Made by a program: the position numbers and the translations under genes. A DNA stretch of 64,000 nucleotides, taken from the NCBI GenBank assembly GCA_037440465.1, contig JBBIUB010000001.1:32001-96000 (forward strand). Reading direction: 5' to 3'. The DNA is from Coprothermobacterota bacterium (lineage in GTDB: Bacteria > Coprothermobacterota > HKB111). Below the pieces are notes generated by a model. The model was not told the origin of the DNA. It was given only the letters and a program-made list of their open reading frames with translations, and made no database searches. Of the stretch, positions 18,029-28,521 are shown piece after piece. Positions within the stretch are counted from its first letter, which is position 1; each line of letters begins with the position of its first letter.

Positions 18029-18866
18029 ATCTCCTGCTAAGATAAACTTAACTCTTGATATAAAAGGACTCAGGAATGATGGGTTTCACAATATTGACTC
18101 CTTAATAACATTATTGTCATTACATGACGAAATAATATTTACACCTGGTAAAAGAGGTGTCGAGTTTACCTTTTTATATGATTCTGGACAATGGGATCAT
18201 TCATTATCAACAGTTCACCAAGCACTAATACTTTTTAATGAATATTTCAAAATGACTAAAGATATTAAAATAAAGGTTATCAAAAGAATACCTCCTAAAA
18301 GTGGTCTTGGAGGAGGAAGCAGTAACGGTGCTACTGTTCTTAGGGGATTAAACATTTTACACAATAACCCTTTAAGTATAGATAATCTACATAAATTGGC
18401 TATGCAAATAGGTTCTGATGTTCCTCTCTTTGTTAGAAAAGGTGGTTGGATGAGGATTACTGGTAGAGGAGAAATAATTGAAGAGTTACCCCTTGATCTT
18501 TCACTTTTCCTTGTAATTGTTCTAACCAGAATAAATATATCTACTAAACAAGCATACAGTTTTTGGGATGAAAAAGTGAATGAATATACTTCCTACACTG
18601 AAAATTTTTTATCTTCGTTAACGATAAATGATTTGGGTAACTCCTTCTTCCCAATAGTTGAAAAAAGGTTTCCCGAAATTCAATCTCTAAAAGGAATTCT
18701 ATTAAATGAAGGTGCTCCTGCTATTGGATTGAGCGGAAGTGGTGGAACTCTTTTTGTTCCTTTCAGTAATATTATAGAAGCAAACTCGTTTTATAAAAAA
18801 ATATATCCATTAATGGGGAAAAAAGGAGTTAAGACATTATTTGAAACTGTTCCAAATTACTTATAA
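18003..18866 (+). CDS. ispE: 4-diphosphocytidyl-2-C-methyl-D-erythritol kinase
   Basis: PAKINLTL, IPPKSGLGGGSSN, IGSDVP, GRGE and SGSG motifs. Confidence 0.88.
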   Translation: MTFPSLTLKSPAKINLTLDIKGLRNDGFHNIDSLITLLSLHDEIIFTPGKRGVEFTFLYDSGQWDHSLSTVHQALILFNEYFKMTKDIKIKVIKRIPPKSGLGGGSSNGATVLRGLNILHNNPLSIDNLHKLAMQIGSDVPLFVRKGGWMRITGRGEIIEELPLDLSLFLVIVLTRINISTKQAYSFWDEKVNEYTSYTENFLSSLTINDLGNSFFPIVEKRFPEIQSLKGILLNEGAPAIGLSGSGGTLFVPFSNIIEANSFYKKIYPLMGKKGVKTLFETVPNYL

Positions 18867-19734
18867 AAAAACTGGTTACCTGATGATCTTCTTAGCAGCA
18901 TCAATATGGGGTTCCCTGGGAGTCCTGGGTAAGATAGCTTATCAGGAGGGATTTGCTCCTTTAGAACTCATGATTTACAGAAGTATCCTGGCTTCACTAG
19001 TATTAGCCATTATTCTCTTGATTTACAAACCAGGGCTTTACATAATTGACATCAGAGATATACCCTTCTTTTTGGTCTATGGTACCCTGAGCGTGGGAAT
19101 TTTTTATCTCCTCTACTTCTCTTCCCTTCTCTACCTGAAGGTAGGAGTGGCCAGTGCTCTTCTTTACACGGCTCCATTTTTCGTGGTAATCATGTCAAGA
19201 ATTATCTTTAAAGAACCAATTAGCTTTTTAAAAATATTTGCTCTAATAAGCACAATAACCGGGGTAATTCTACTGGGGAAAGTATTTCCTCTGGATAATC
19301 TAAACATTCTTATGTTTAAAGGTTTAATGTATGGACTTGGCTCAGGATTTACCTATGCCCTGTACACCATTTTTGGCAAAAAGGCTCTGACTAAATATTC
19401 TCCTGCTACTCTTATATTTTACACCCTCATATCTGGGTCATTAACTTTAGTACTTTTTCTGATTCTTAAGAGAGAACCACTGAATTTCCTCCTTACTCCA
19501 AAAGCCATCCTATCAGTAGTTCTGTTGAGCCTGATAACCACTCTTTTAGCCTATTATCTTTATGTAGAAGGTTTAAAGAGAGTGGAAGCAGGTAGGGCCT
19601 CTATCCTGTCCACAATAGAACCTGTGGTGGCCTGGGGATTGGGATTTATCTTTTTAGGAGAACAACTAACATTATTAGAAGGCTTTGGCCTTTTTATGAT
19701 TTTAATAGGGGCCAGCATAGTCGTATCAAACTAA
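18841..19734 (+). CDS. EamA/DMT family transporter
   Basis: About ten hydrophobic helices in two EamA repeats (LLYTAPFFV, STIEPVVA...LGE); start uncertain. Confidence 0.88.
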   Translation: MKLFQITYKKTGYLMIFLAASIWGSLGVLGKIAYQEGFAPLELMIYRSILASLVLAIILLIYKPGLYIIDIRDIPFFLVYGTLSVGIFYLLYFSSLLYLKVGVASALLYTAPFFVVIMSRIIFKEPISFLKIFALISTITGVILLGKVFPLDNLNILMFKGLMYGLGSGFTYALYTIFGKKALTKYSPATLIFYTLISGSLTLVLFLILKREPLNFLLTPKAILSVVLLSLITTLLAYYLYVEGLKRVEAGRASILSTIEPVVAWGLGFIFLGEQLTLLEGFGLFMILIGASIVVSN

Positions 19735-19776
19735 ATAAAAGGTATAATTTATAAAAATTTACTAACTCTGGAAAAT

Positions 19777-21216
19777 ATGATAAACAATAAAAAATTAGAA
19801 TATTTGAAAATTAAATTAGCAAAGGCTATTAAGAAAGAAAGTGTCTCTCTTAATAAATTATATACTGCAAGATTAAAAAAAGACGGTGGAAATTCCTACC
19901 AGAAAATTCCTGAAGAAGAGCTGTCAAAAGACACATCCAGGGTTATTGAAGCTCACATCGCAATCCTTGAGAGAAATGACTGGAGTATTATTGAAGAATT
20001 TTCTGATTATATCACTGTTAAATTTGAAGAAGGATTTTCTTCCAAAGAAATATACCAGATATTCACAACAAGTGGAGTTGTTCTTAAAACCTTTATTAAA
20101 GACGGATTCTACCCTGAAGAAGCCTGTGAACTAATATCTATATTATGGGAGCAGGTAGAAAAAATCTACGAATTTGCTGACAAAAAATTAGATGAACTTG
20201 CTTCAGAAAGATATCAGGAAAAAATGCTGCATTTAACAACTATTTATAAAACAAGCATTGCTTGTAGTTCCACCATTAGACTTGAAGAAATAGCTGCAAC
20301 TGCTTTTAATAAGCTCAAGGAATTTTTACCGATGGAAAGTTTTTACCTGGCAATTTTCAAGGAAGATACTAATACTCTAAACTTTGACTATATTGTGGAC
20401 CAGGGGAATGTACTACCAAGTTTTTCCAGAAAATTAGAAGAGGGAGTAGAAACAATCTCTACCTGGGTTTTAAAGAATAAAACGCCTTTACTAATAAGGG
20501 ATTTGGAAAAAGAGACTTTACCAACAGGAATAGTTTTAGTGGGTACTCCACCAAACCCCCGTTCTATTCTCATTGTACCTCTTATACTTAAAAATAAACC
20601 TTTAGGAATTATTTCTCTTCAAGCATTCTCTCCCAATGCTTACGATGAGAAAATATTAGAACTTATAAAAATGATTGCTAATAATTTAGCTTTAGCTATT
20701 GATAATGCTTTTTTATATGAAAATACTTATGAATCTTCTATTACTGATTATCTTACTGGATTATACAATAGACTTCATTTCACAAATATTTTAAACCTGG
20801 AAATAAACCGCTCTAACAGGTATAAAACTAAATTTACCTTACTTATGGGTGATGTAGATGATTTTAAAATTTACAATGATAACCTTGGCTATTTAAAGGG
20901 AGATGAGATTCTAAAAGAAATTTCAAATGTCTTAAAAGAAAATGTTAGGTCATCCGATATCGTATTTCGCTTTGGTGGCGATGAATTCGTGATTCTTCTA
21001 CCCTCTAATGAGAGAGAATCAGCTAGGCCATTAATCAAAAGAATAAAGGAGGGGCTTTCAAGAATGAGTCCACTAGTATCTATGACCTGGAGTGTACTCT
21101 GTTATCCTGAAGACGCTCCGGATAAGGATGTCTTGATCTCTATGGCTGACACCATTCTCAAAGAAGGGAAAAGGATGCGAAATCACAACTTATTGGAACC
21201 GCCTCCTTTAAAATAA
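19777..21216 (+). CDS. GAF-domain diguanylate cyclase
   Basis: GAF domain (RSILIVPL...GIISLQ), DYLTGLYNR, DVDDFKIYND, RxxD I-site (RSSD) and intact RFGGDEF. Confidence 0.9.
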   Translation: MINNKKLEYLKIKLAKAIKKESVSLNKLYTARLKKDGGNSYQKIPEEELSKDTSRVIEAHIAILERNDWSIIEEFSDYITVKFEEGFSSKEIYQIFTTSGVVLKTFIKDGFYPEEACELISILWEQVEKIYEFADKKLDELASERYQEKMLHLTTIYKTSIACSSTIRLEEIAATAFNKLKEFLPMESFYLAIFKEDTNTLNFDYIVDQGNVLPSFSRKLEEGVETISTWVLKNKTPLLIRDLEKETLPTGIVLVGTPPNPRSILIVPLILKNKPLGIISLQAFSPNAYDEKILELIKMIANNLALAIDNAFLYENTYESSITDYLTGLYNRLHFTNILNLEINRSNRYKTKFTLLMGDVDDFKIYNDNLGYLKGDEILKEISNVLKENVRSSDIVFRFGGDEFVILLPSNERESARPLIKRIKEGLSRMSPLVSMTWSVLCYPEDAPDKDVLISMADTILKEGKRMRNHNLLEPPPLK

Positions 21217-21229
21217 ATAAAATTAGCTT

Positions 21230-21445
21230 TTACTTATTTTCTTTTATATAATAACTATTACCTTCAATAAGAGCTCCAAAAAGCCCTACTTCATTTCCCC
21301 AATTATCTAACACTTTAACCTTACCTTTTAGAGCTTGTTTATAAACCTCTTCACTATATGCAAGGAGGGCATGTCTAACCTCCATCTTAGTAAAAAGATG
21401 AATCTCCACGCCCTCCACATAAACTAAAATTGTTTCTTTTTCCAA
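21230..21445 (-). CDS. Small hypothetical protein coupled to the 5'-nucleotidase
   Basis: 71-aa ORF whose TTG start abuts the nucleotidase stop; composition looks globular. Confidence 0.65.
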   Translation of the reverse strand: MEKETILVYVEGVEIHLFTKMEVRHALLAYSEEVYKQALKGKVKVLDNWGNEVGLFGALIEGNSYYIKENK

Positions 21446-23473
21446 CTATGGTTTAACTTTAATCCTTCCTTCTATGGTTGGGTTCAAGGTTTTTACTCTC
21501 TCAACATATCTGATAAAGGCATCTCTCAGGTAATCACCAGTATGTATTAGAAGCTTTCCTTTTGCAAAGACAGTATAACCATCCCCACCAACAGCCAAGA
21601 AGTCATTTGTAGCCACTTTGTAGGTCCTGGTTGAAACTATAGGCTTGTCACCAACAAAAATCTCTTCTACTCTGCTGTTTACAGGCTTCTTAGGGTCAAA
21701 GACAAAGGATATACCAGAAACCTGGAGAAAACCTCCTAATTCTGCAGGATATCTTGAAACAGATAATTCTAAAGCTTCTCTAATCTGAGCTCCTGTAAGT
21801 TCAATCACAACAAGATAATTATCAAAGGGTAAAACAGTGAAAACATGGTCCACCTTGATAAGTCCAGCTGGGATAGAAGCCCTAATTCCACCGCCATTTT
21901 GTAAAGCTATTTCAGCTCCTGACTCTATCCTCATAACATCAGCTACTAAATTACCCAGATTGGTTTCTCTTGTTCTTACGAAAGCCCGTGTCCCATCTAA
22001 GAGAACATTAGCTGCTCCTATAACTCGATCCATCTGAGTTTTTACCGCATCACTATAAGGCTTGATTAGAGAAGTTACTTGTGGATCTACTAATACATCA
22101 TTAGAAGTTGGAATAAGAGCACCTTTAACAAAAAGGTTCTCTTTTACTTTTGGAGTAGGGCTGTCTTTTTCGTAAATAATTTCTCCTTTTCTTACAGCAA
22201 CTGAAACACGACCAAGATTTCTGGTATGCTCGCCTGCCTGCACAATGAAAGTATTTCCAATTTTCTTAGGTTCTTCAACAACTGTATGTGAATGCCCCCC
22301 TATTATTAAATGAATTCCCTCCACAGATTCAGCTAACTTAACATCCTCAGAAAAACCTATATGTGTAAGAGCAACTATAATCTGAGCTTTTTGCTCTCTC
22401 AAGACCTTCACCATTTTTTTAGCTGTTTCTACTGGATCAAGAATTTTCAAGCCTTTAACATTATCAGGGTGAGTAACATAAGGAAGCTCCGTAGCTATCA
22501 AACCAAAGAACCCTACTTTTTGTCCCATCACATCTACAATACGGTAAGGAACAGCAAAGTACTCTTCCCTATTTTCATAAACCACATTACTGAGGATGTA
22601 TGGGAATGTTGTCTCTAAAAACCTATCTTTTAAGGTACTTTGACCATAATTGAAATCATGATTGCCCAGAGTTGCTACATTAACCCCAATAAGATTCATA
22701 GCTTCTATGGCAGGTTTTCCCTTAAACAGATTTACCAGATTAGTACCATGAATAGTATCTCCAAGGTCTGCAACTAAAGTCAAGGTAGGGTTTTTTGCTT
22801 TCTCAGTAGATATAAGTGTAGCAATCCTCCCAAAACCACCAATAGCAGGAAGTCCTGTGCCAGGAACAAACGGCTCAAGCCTACCATGGCTATCGTTTAA
22901 GTGTAGGAAGGTTATCGGTCCCCTTATTTTGTAAAGAAGTGCCCATATTTCAGCTTGGGTAAGCACAGAACGAGGTTTCAGTGATTTATCTGGATAACCT
23001 GTGATTATCTTCTCTTTAACAGCTACAGCTATAGATTTAATGAATAAAGGATTTATCTGGTCATAATCTTTATAAGGAGAAAGAATGGTATCTGCTTCTT
23101 TTAGTGACATTATTTTTGCCAATAGACGACGATTAGCTATTCTGATAATAATTGTTATAGCTTCTTCACGAGTGATGAAGTCTTCCGGTCTGAACGGTTC
23201 TCGGAGAATGAGATCAAGTTTTCTTCCCTGAGCTTCAAGCAACCATGTCTCTTCCTTCACTTCCACAGGATAAAGCTTTAAAGAAATCTTAAGAAACTCC
23301 TGATGTGTTACCCAATCGTAAGGTTTTAAAGGTTCTACAAAGTCCCCTGTTTCTGTAAAGAATTCTACAGCCTCTTTAATCCAAGCAGGTGTTATTTTTT
23401 CCTGGGAAAATAGAACTTGAGGAGAGAGAAAAATAGCCAATACAAGAGTTATTACCAGCAACTTTTTAAACAT
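21446..23473 (-). CDS. Secreted SLH-domain 5'-nucleotidase/metallophosphoesterase
   Basis: Signal peptide; SLH motifs (ITREE, ITGYPDKSLKP..LTQAE); HLNDSHG, GD, GNHDF, GGHSH and NGGGIRA motifs. Confidence 0.92.
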   Translation of the reverse strand: MFKKLLVITLVLAIFLSPQVLFSQEKITPAWIKEAVEFFTETGDFVEPLKPYDWVTHQEFLKISLKLYPVEVKEETWLLEAQGRKLDLILREPFRPEDFITREEAITIIIRIANRRLLAKIMSLKEADTILSPYKDYDQINPLFIKSIAVAVKEKIITGYPDKSLKPRSVLTQAEIWALLYKIRGPITFLHLNDSHGRLEPFVPGTGLPAIGGFGRIATLISTEKAKNPTLTLVADLGDTIHGTNLVNLFKGKPAIEAMNLIGVNVATLGNHDFNYGQSTLKDRFLETTFPYILSNVVYENREEYFAVPYRIVDVMGQKVGFFGLIATELPYVTHPDNVKGLKILDPVETAKKMVKVLREQKAQIIVALTHIGFSEDVKLAESVEGIHLIIGGHSHTVVEEPKKIGNTFIVQAGEHTRNLGRVSVAVRKGEIIYEKDSPTPKVKENLFVKGALIPTSNDVLVDPQVTSLIKPYSDAVKTQMDRVIGAANVLLDGTRAFVRTRETNLGNLVADVMRIESGAEIALQNGGGIRASIPAGLIKVDHVFTVLPFDNYLVVIELTGAQIREALELSVSRYPAELGGFLQVSGISFVFDPKKPVNSRVEEIFVGDKPIVSTRTYKVATNDFLAVGGDGYTVFAKGKLLIHTGDYLRDAFIRYVERVKTLNPTIEGRIKVKP

Positions 23474-23599
23474 AAAAACCTCCTATTATATATATTCATA
23501 AATATTTTATCACGCTGGTAATTAAATATATTGTTAAGATTATTTAGATACACTTTTAAACAGATAGAGTTGATCTTTGGAAGGGTGCAATAAATTCTG

Positions 23600-23608
23600 T
23601 GGTATAAT
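23600..23608 (+). promoter_or_regulatory. Putative extended -10 promoter of the ahcY operon
   Basis: TGGTATAAT about 25 nt upstream of the ahcY start. Confidence 0.45.
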
Positions 23609-23633
23609 CAGAGAAAAATGAGGTAATAACAAG

Positions 23634-24860
23634 ATGGAACTCCAAAAAGAGGACAACGGTAAACTGAAAATTGAGTGGGTAAAAACCCGTATGCCAGTTT
23701 TAAAGAAGATCGAAGAAGGATTTCAGAAAGAAAAGCCTTTCTCGGGTATAAGAATTGGAATGACAATTCACCTGGAAGCAAAAACGGCCTATTTAGCTTT
23801 AGTTTTTAAATCTGGTGGGGCAGAAGTTGCTTTATCGGGAAGTAATCCCCTTTCTACTCAAGACGATGTAGCCGAAGCACTTAAGAAAAATAGTGTTCAT
23901 ATATATGGACATTGGGGAGTTACCAATCAGGAATTCAAAGAAAACCTGAATCAGGTTCTAAACTATAAGCCTCAAATAATCATAGATGATGGTGGTGACC
24001 TAACTTTGTTATTACATAAAGAGCGTCGGGAACTACTACCTGGGGTGTTCGGATGTTGCGAAGAAACCACAACTGGTATCACCCGGATAAAAGCTTTAGA
24101 AAGAGAGGGAAAACTTTCATTCCCTGTTATTGGAGTTAATGATGCGCTATGCAAACATCTTTTTGATAATCGCTATGGAACTGGTCAATCTACCTGGGAT
24201 GGGATACTCAGGACGACTAACATAAATATAGCTGGGAAAATTGTTGTTATTGCAGGTTATGGCTGGGTAGGAAAAGGGGTAGCCTTAAGAGGAAAAGGTT
24301 TGGGAGCAAAGATAATAATCACTGAAGTAAATCCTGTAAAAGCCCTTGAAGCTCAAATGGAAGGATATGAAGTAATGACCATGAAAGAAGCTGCCAGAGT
24401 TGGAGACATCTTCATAACTGCTACTGGAAATATCCGGGTAATAGACAGGAATCATATAGGTATTATGAAAGATGGTGCTATTTTATGTAATACCGGTCAC
24501 TTTGATGTTGAAATTGATATACCTGCTCTTAGAGAACTCAGTAAGGAGATAAAACCTGTAAGAAAAAATATCAACCAATATACCCTTAAAGATGGTCGAA
24601 GAATTTACCTTCTTGGTGAGGGAAGATTGGTAAACTTAGCCTGTGCTGATGGACATCCTATTGAGATTATGGATCTTTCCTTTGGGCTACAGGCTTTATC
24701 TGCTCTTTATCTCCTAAAGTTTTACAGAACTCTTGAACCAAAGTTATACGGAGTACCTGAAGACATTGATAGAGAAATAGCAAATTTGTGCTTAAAAGCC
24801 CAAAAAATAGAAATAGATAGCCTAACTACTGAGCAAAAAACTTACATAAATAAAATTTAG
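23634..24860 (+). CDS. ahcY: Adenosylhomocysteinase family hydrolase (short type, HLEAK signature)
   Basis: SNPLSTQD, DDGGD, EETTTG, KHLFDNRYGTGQS, GYGWVGKG and GRLVNL...GHP motifs. Confidence 0.95.
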   Translation: MELQKEDNGKLKIEWVKTRMPVLKKIEEGFQKEKPFSGIRIGMTIHLEAKTAYLALVFKSGGAEVALSGSNPLSTQDDVAEALKKNSVHIYGHWGVTNQEFKENLNQVLNYKPQIIIDDGGDLTLLLHKERRELLPGVFGCCEETTTGITRIKALEREGKLSFPVIGVNDALCKHLFDNRYGTGQSTWDGILRTTNINIAGKIVVIAGYGWVGKGVALRGKGLGAKIIITEVNPVKALEAQMEGYEVMTMKEAARVGDIFITATGNIRVIDRNHIGIMKDGAILCNTGHFDVEIDIPALRELSKEIKPVRKNINQYTLKDGRRIYLLGEGRLVNLACADGHPIEIMDLSFGLQALSALYLLKFYRTLEPKLYGVPEDIDREIANLCLKAQKIEIDSLTTEQKTYINKI

Positions 24861-24956
24861 CTCTTAGGCAGTAAGGTGATAATTTCTCAATACAGATCAA
24901 CTAATATAAAACCATTTCTTGGAAAAACTAATTTTATATACTAATAGAGGTGATAA

Positions 24957-25547
24957 ATGATGATAGAAACCCTTAAACTTGGTCCTTATCAAACTAATTG
25001 CTATATATTATATGAGGAAGGTCAGGCCATAGTAATAGACCCGGGTGCGAGTGATGAAGTCCTGGATTTTCTTAACAGGAATAAGTTAAAACTTCTTTAT
25101 ATATTAAACACCCATAGTCATGGAGATCATACAGGGGGAAATTACGCTCTAAAAAACAATATTGGAGCTCAAATATTGATTCACGAGAAAGATAACTTGG
25201 TAGAAGCAGATGGTTTCCTAAAGGACAAAGATGTTATTAATATTCCTCTTAATAATGATGAAATGACATTTAAGGTCATTCACACTCCAGGACATACTCC
25301 GGGGAGCATAGCTTTTTTAAGTAAATTCGGATTATTTTCTGGAGATACCATATTTAAAAGAGCTATAGGAAGGTTTGACCTTCCTTTCGCTTCTGCGAAA
25401 GAACTTAAAACTTCTCTTGAAAAAATCCTGTCAATTGTACCGCTTGACACAATAATATACCCTGGTCATGGACCTTCTACAATATTAAGAGATGAGGAGG
25501 TTTTTCTCAGGAGAATCATTAAGGAGCTATCTTCATATGAAACTTAA
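24957..25547 (+). CDS. MBL-fold metallohydrolase (glyoxalase II/YcbL-like)
   Basis: THSHGDH, TPGHTPG, SGD and PGHG motifs. Confidence 0.9.
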   Translation: MMIETLKLGPYQTNCYILYEEGQAIVIDPGASDEVLDFLNRNKLKLLYILNTHSHGDHTGGNYALKNNIGAQILIHEKDNLVEADGFLKDKDVINIPLNNDEMTFKVIHTPGHTPGSIAFLSKFGLFSGDTIFKRAIGRFDLPFASAKELKTSLEKILSIVPLDTIIYPGHGPSTILRDEEVFLRRIIKELSSYET

Positions 25548-26835
25548 CCCTAATCTAAGGGAAGATGCTTCCTTTATAATTAGCTCTATTCTTAAATCAA
25601 TAAATCCTGAAAAGCTCATTAGAGAAAGGTTGACTTTAGAACTTCTTCAGGAAATAAACGGTTACAAAAGAGTTCTGGTCTTTGGTGCTGGAAAAGCCAG
25701 TTCACTAATGGCTATAGCTTTAGAAAAAATGTTAGGTGAAAAAGTTGCAGGTGGAATCCTGGTAGTTCCTGATGGTTATAAGTTACCCACTGGAGTAATT
25801 TCCATAAAGGAAGCATCTCATCCAATTCCTGACAAAAGAGGTTTACAAGCAGCCCAGGAGATAAGAAAGGCTGTTATAGATTCCCAGGAAGATGACCTTC
25901 TCATTTTTTTATTTTCAGGTGGTGGATCAGCCCTTCTACCTCTACCCTTCCCTCCTCTTACTTTGAGAGATTTACAGGAAACAACTAAGGAACTTCTTAA
26001 AGCTGGAGCCAATATAAAGGAGATAAATACTGTAAGAAAGCACATCTCACTTCTTCAAGGTGGTAGACTTGCCCAGATGGTCCGTGGACATTCCCTAACC
26101 TTTCTGTTATCTGATGTAGTAGGAGACGACCCAGGCACCATAGCCTCAGGACCCACCATACCGGATCTCAGCACCTTCCAGCAGGCAGAAGAGGTTTTAA
26201 AAAAGTACAATATCTTTGAAAAATTATCCAGCACTTTAAAGAACTTCTTAGAAGATGGCAAGAAAGGAACAATCCCAGAAACTCCTAAAGAGCTTCCTTC
26301 TACCCATAAACACATCCTCATAGGGTCAAACATTATCCCTCTCCAGGAAGCCTCAAAAACTGCTTCTTCTCTTGGCTATAAAACTTTAATCCTATCAGGT
26401 TTACTTGAGGGAGAAGCAAGTCTCGTGGGAAAAATCCTGGTTATTATAGGTAAAGAGATAAAGAGGTCAGGCAACCCTTTAGAACCCCCTGCCTGTCTTC
26501 TTATAGCTGGAGAGACAACAGTTAACGTGAAGGGTAAAGGAAAGGGAGGACGGAACCAGGAGGTAGTTTTAGGCGCTGGGGCTGAACTTGCATCTGACTC
26601 GGGGATTCTGATAGCCAGTTTTTCTACTGATGGGAAGGATGGTCCCACAAATTCTGCCGGTGCTATGGTGGATTCCGGTATAATGGAAAATGCTGCAAAG
26701 ATAAAGCTGGATACCAGGAAACACCTTGAGGAAAATAACTCCTTTAACTTCTTCCTTAGAGCTGGCGGACTCCTTATAACGGGTCCAACATACACTAATG
26801 TAGGTGACATCATGGTGATACTAGTAGGAGATTAA
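25537..26835 (+). CDS. Glycerate 2-kinase (MOFRL/TtuD type)
   Basis: GAGKA, SGGGSAL, RKHIS, SDVVGD, IASGPT, GGRNQE, TDGKDG and TGPTYTNVGD motifs. Start set to ATG 25537 after AAGGAG. Confidence 0.92.
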   Translation: MKLNPNLREDASFIISSILKSINPEKLIRERLTLELLQEINGYKRVLVFGAGKASSLMAIALEKMLGEKVAGGILVVPDGYKLPTGVISIKEASHPIPDKRGLQAAQEIRKAVIDSQEDDLLIFLFSGGGSALLPLPFPPLTLRDLQETTKELLKAGANIKEINTVRKHISLLQGGRLAQMVRGHSLTFLLSDVVGDDPGTIASGPTIPDLSTFQQAEEVLKKYNIFEKLSSTLKNFLEDGKKGTIPETPKELPSTHKHILIGSNIIPLQEASKTASSLGYKTLILSGLLEGEASLVGKILVIIGKEIKRSGNPLEPPACLLIAGETTVNVKGKGKGGRNQEVVLGAGAELASDSGILIASFSTDGKDGPTNSAGAMVDSGIMENAAKIKLDTRKHLEENNSFNFFLRAGGLLITGPTYTNVGDIMVILVGD

Positions 26836-26837
26836 AA

Positions 26838-27668
26838 ATGGAAGTATTAGCTGTAGGCGGCGCTCTGTGGGATATACTTGTAGAACTTAAAATTCCTTTC
26901 AAAGGAGACGACTGCTACCCCTCAATTATGAGAACCATACCTGGAGGAACAACGCGAAACTTTTCAGAGGCTATGGCTCGCCTGGGAGTTGAAATAACTC
27001 TTATCTCCTCACTCGCCTTAGACGGACTGGAACAGACTGTTCCCCTACCAGGCAAAACAGTCTTTGTTGATAGAAATAGGTCAGCTCGCTTTATAGCTGT
27101 TCTAAACCATAAAAAAAAGAGACTATTTTCATTTAACGACACCACTCCGCTGGATGAACTCACAATAGAAGAGATTATTCCACTCTTACCTTTAAAAGCC
27201 CCACCTTTTGTTTTTCTGGACACGAACATACCACTTGAAGTTATGAGTTTTCTCCTGTCATGGTGTAAAGAATTCAGGTCAACAACGATGGTAGATCCAA
27301 TTGCTCCCTCAAAAGTAAATAAAATTACAACTATGCTTCCCCTTATAGACATCCTATCGCTATCTGAAAGAGAATATGAAGTACTTGATTCTAAGCCAGA
27401 CTCCTGGGAAAGTATATTATTAGTTAAAAAAGGTGCTGATGGAATTGATTTAATAACCCCTAAAGATAAACTGAACTTTCCATCTCTTCATAGAGGACCA
27501 GTAATAAGCGATAACGGAGCAGGTGATTCCTTTAATGCCGGTTATCTTTTTGGTCACCTGAGAGGATATACCCTGGAGGAAAGAATTCTTCTGGGATTGA
27601 AGGCTGCTTCTCTTACCTTATCATCCCATTTGAATGTAAATCCACTAATTCAAAATATACTTAAATGA
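26838..27668 (+). CDS. PfkB family kinase (pseudouridine-kinase-like N-terminus)
   Basis: PGGTTRNFSEAMARLG and anion-hole GAGDSF motifs. Confidence 0.75.
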   Translation: MEVLAVGGALWDILVELKIPFKGDDCYPSIMRTIPGGTTRNFSEAMARLGVEITLISSLALDGLEQTVPLPGKTVFVDRNRSARFIAVLNHKKKRLFSFNDTTPLDELTIEEIIPLLPLKAPPFVFLDTNIPLEVMSFLLSWCKEFRSTTMVDPIAPSKVNKITTMLPLIDILSLSEREYEVLDSKPDSWESILLVKKGADGIDLITPKDKLNFPSLHRGPVISDNGAGDSFNAGYLFGHLRGYTLEERILLGLKAASLTLSSHLNVNPLIQNILK

Positions 27669-27686
27669 AATGAGGTATAGTAAGCC

Positions 27687-28484
27687 ATGAGTTTAACTAT
27701 AAGAATGCACCAATTATCTTTTTCTTCTGTTAAAAAAGATAATCTTAATAAATTGCTCAATTTAATGGATGAATCCGATGCCAATCTGGATATCTTTCCA
27801 GAATATGCCATGGGTGTACCTTCTACAGGACTCAACAAGGAGTATGTTCATGAAAATGCTGAATCACTTGAAGGTGAATTTGTAAACAATATACTAAAAA
27901 AAACCTATAAAAAGAACTCTGTTGTTGTTTTTACTACTTATCTAAAGGAAGAAGAAAAAATATTTAACGCAGCAATTCTTGCCGGAAGAGGAGAAGTAAA
28001 AGTAGTATATAAAAAAATCCACTTATTTGATGCCTTTGGCTATAAAGAATCTGATCTTTTCACTGCAGGTAGTGAGTTAGCTATGACAGAGTTCAAAGGG
28101 TTTAATATTGGTTTAGCAGTATGTTTTGACCTTAGATTTCCTGAGTTGTTCCGGATTATGGCTTATAAAGGCGTTAATCTTTTCATCTTACCTTCAGCCT
28201 GGTATGCAGGAAAATATAAGTTAGAACAGTGGAAGTCTTTATTAATGGCAAGAGCCCATGAAAACACTTCTTATTTTATCGGAGTCAATCAAGTTAAACC
28301 AACTTTCGTAGGTCATAGTATCATAACATCCCCACTTTGTTATGTCATTAAGGAAATGGGAGAAGAAGAAAAGAGTACAACAGTGACGCTGGATTACAAA
28401 GAGATAGAAGAAGCAAGAAATATAGTACCTACAATAGAATTATCTAAACCAGAACTTTACGAAAAGTTCAAGAAAATTATCTGA
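27687..28484 (+). CDS. Carbon-nitrogen hydrolase (Nit1/YbeM-like amidase)
   Basis: Glu-Lys-Cys triad motifs FPEY, YKKIHLFD and CFDLRFPE; ARAHEN. Confidence 0.9.
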   Translation: MSLTIRMHQLSFSSVKKDNLNKLLNLMDESDANLDIFPEYAMGVPSTGLNKEYVHENAESLEGEFVNNILKKTYKKNSVVVFTTYLKEEEKIFNAAILAGRGEVKVVYKKIHLFDAFGYKESDLFTAGSELAMTEFKGFNIGLAVCFDLRFPELFRIMAYKGVNLFILPSAWYAGKYKLEQWKSLLMARAHENTSYFIGVNQVKPTFVGHSIITSPLCYVIKEMGEEEKSTTVTLDYKEIEEARNIVPTIELSKPELYEKFKKII

Positions 28485-28521
28485 CAAAACTAAACCTGAT
28501 AATTGTGGTTGTTACAACCGT

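Noticed and set aside
23474..23633. SAH/SAM riboswitch upstream of ahcY
   Set aside because: The likely -10 box is only about 25 nt from the start codon, and I see no conserved aptamer.
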